This document shows positions 62,503 through 64,000 of a stretch of DNA of 64,000 bases, piece after piece. This stretch comes from Escherichia coli (GTDB lineage: Bacteria; Pseudomonadota; Gammaproteobacteria; Enterobacterales; Enterobacteriaceae): the NCBI RefSeq assembly GCF_044324785.1, contig NZ_CP172127.1. One strand, given 5' to 3'. The first letter of the stretch is position 1; every line of letters begins with the position of its first letter. The notes below the pieces were generated by a model. That model was not told the DNA's origin and did not search any database. It saw only the letters and a program-made list of their open reading frames with translations. A program made the position numbers and the translations under genes.

Positions 62503-64000
62503 CCAGTTTGAGCACCAATCAGTCCAAGGGTATTTAATAATGTTTCAACTTGCGTTGTGCCAGGATTTTCAGGCATAACCACAACCGTTTCTGATAGATC
62601 GGCCATGCGGCTAAATGGAAAGCCTGAGCTGGCAAAAGCGCGTAAATCTGGCATTGCGATAAAGTGATGGTACTTTGAAAAATCGATAGTGGAATCATCT
62701 GCAATAACCGCATGATTTTTTAGCGACCGGGAAATAATACAGCTATCGGCATCAGAGCGCGGCATTGTATTAACGTACTCAAAATTAAATCGCAATTGAT
62801 TAAGCGCCCCTAACGTCAGCGCAGGAATGTTAATTTCATTATTACCATCCAACAATTCTTGCAATAACGGTAAACGTAACAATAACCTATCAGTAGCAGA
62901 TTGCGGACTCAGCCGGAAAGATTCAAGGTACTGGTTATTAAGGCTGACATCCATGCGTGAACCACCTATCGTTGGCGTGGTATAACGATAGTTAATCTTC
63001 ATCTCACCCCCACGATTACGCAATAGAAAGAGATCAGGTGGCAAATTAAATGAAACATTAATTGCCGCAGACTCCAGGGCACTTGCCTGTAACTGCCCTT
63101 CATAATTTTTAAGCTCTGCGAAAGTTACAGGACGATCAGTGCGTATCCAGTTTGGCGCATCATAAGGTTTACGCGGCAGTAACGGCTTCACGTCATTTAC
63201 GACCACGCTATCGCCGCGAAATAATATATTTCCCTGTGCAAGGCCTTTTGCCGCCTGTAATAAATCTTTATCATCGCGGCCCAAAAGTACCAGCAATTTG
63301 ACAAAGGGATTTTGTGGATGACTGATCATTTTAATAACAGGCGCATTCACCAACGGATGCTCGCGCAGAAAGTCTGGGCGTCTATTGTTCGTGGCAAAGA
63401 CTACTGCATTACTTTCCGGTAACTGGTTATAGAAAACCGGAAATCGGTGACCACGCCAGCCAGATTGCGAACCAAACCACGAAGCGACAATAGCTGATAC
63501 CTGCTGCAAACCAGTCCCAGGAGTACCGGCAAAAACCATCGGCAATGTATTAGGGCGGTTATCTCGCGGATCAAAGAACGGTACAGGAAGATATGAAAGA
63601 TCATTTTTCAAATTGAGTCTCTGAACTACCAGTTCAAGTTCACTGGTACGTCCAATATCAAGCCACAAATTGCCGCTGGTCGGGTTTTCGCAGGCGCTCT
63701 GGTAGTGACTAATTAATTCTAGGCGCAAGCGATTAAAATCCGAAAAATACAATGGGTTAAGAGTTATTTCCGCCAGCGTTTTCTTCCCCAGTTGTTCTTT
63801 GGTAATCGGCAATACCTCCATCAACTCGTCATTAAGATAGACCTTAAGCTGTGACTGGACCGGGATCAGCGACGGTGATGGAGTGTATTCAAGTTTTAGT
63901 TTCGCTTCTGACACTATTTCATCGCTACGCATACCAAACTCAATTTGCCCCTGTGGGTTAACTCCATTCAGGACTATGTTTCCTGGCGCTGGTGCGATTT
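62498..64000 (-). pseudogene. bcsB: 5' portion of BcsB-like gene interrupted by IS2 (runs off the window end)
   Basis: Open minus-strand frame from the window edge to the IS2 boundary; ORF-track protein 62448..63932 (494 aa) is BcsB-like, with its last 16 codons read from IS2 sequence before a stop. Confidence 0.7.

Overview
The window is mostly ordinary Escherichia coli-type core chromosome. Bases 1-57208 are colinear, in inverted orientation, with the K-12 interval ycbX to pflA: ycbX, zapC, pyrD, the cryptic elf/ycb chaperone-usher fimbrial operon, ssuEADCB, pepN, pncB, asnS, ompF, aspC, ycbL, mepK, ldtD, mukFEB with cmoM, elyC, ycbJ, kdsB-ycaR, ycaQ, lpxK-msbA, ycaI, ihfB, rpsA, cmk, ycaL, aroA, serC, ycaP, ycaO and focA-pflB-pflA. 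All gene identities and the K-12 comparisons come from reading the translated ORFs against recalled protein families; no database search was possible. Several starts in the ORF track are over-extended and were trimmed to the conserved N-termini. The unusual part is the right end (57209-64000): a BcsC-like TPR/beta-barrel gene lies convergent to and directly against pflA, preceded by a BcsB-like gene split by a complete 1331-bp IS2 with a perfect 5-bp target duplication, and with no bcsZ between them. I found no CRISPR array, tRNA, rRNA, prophage or defence-island-like insertion. The only candidate for something unusual is this displaced, degenerate cellulose-secretion module, which may equally be a rearrangement or an assembly artefact.
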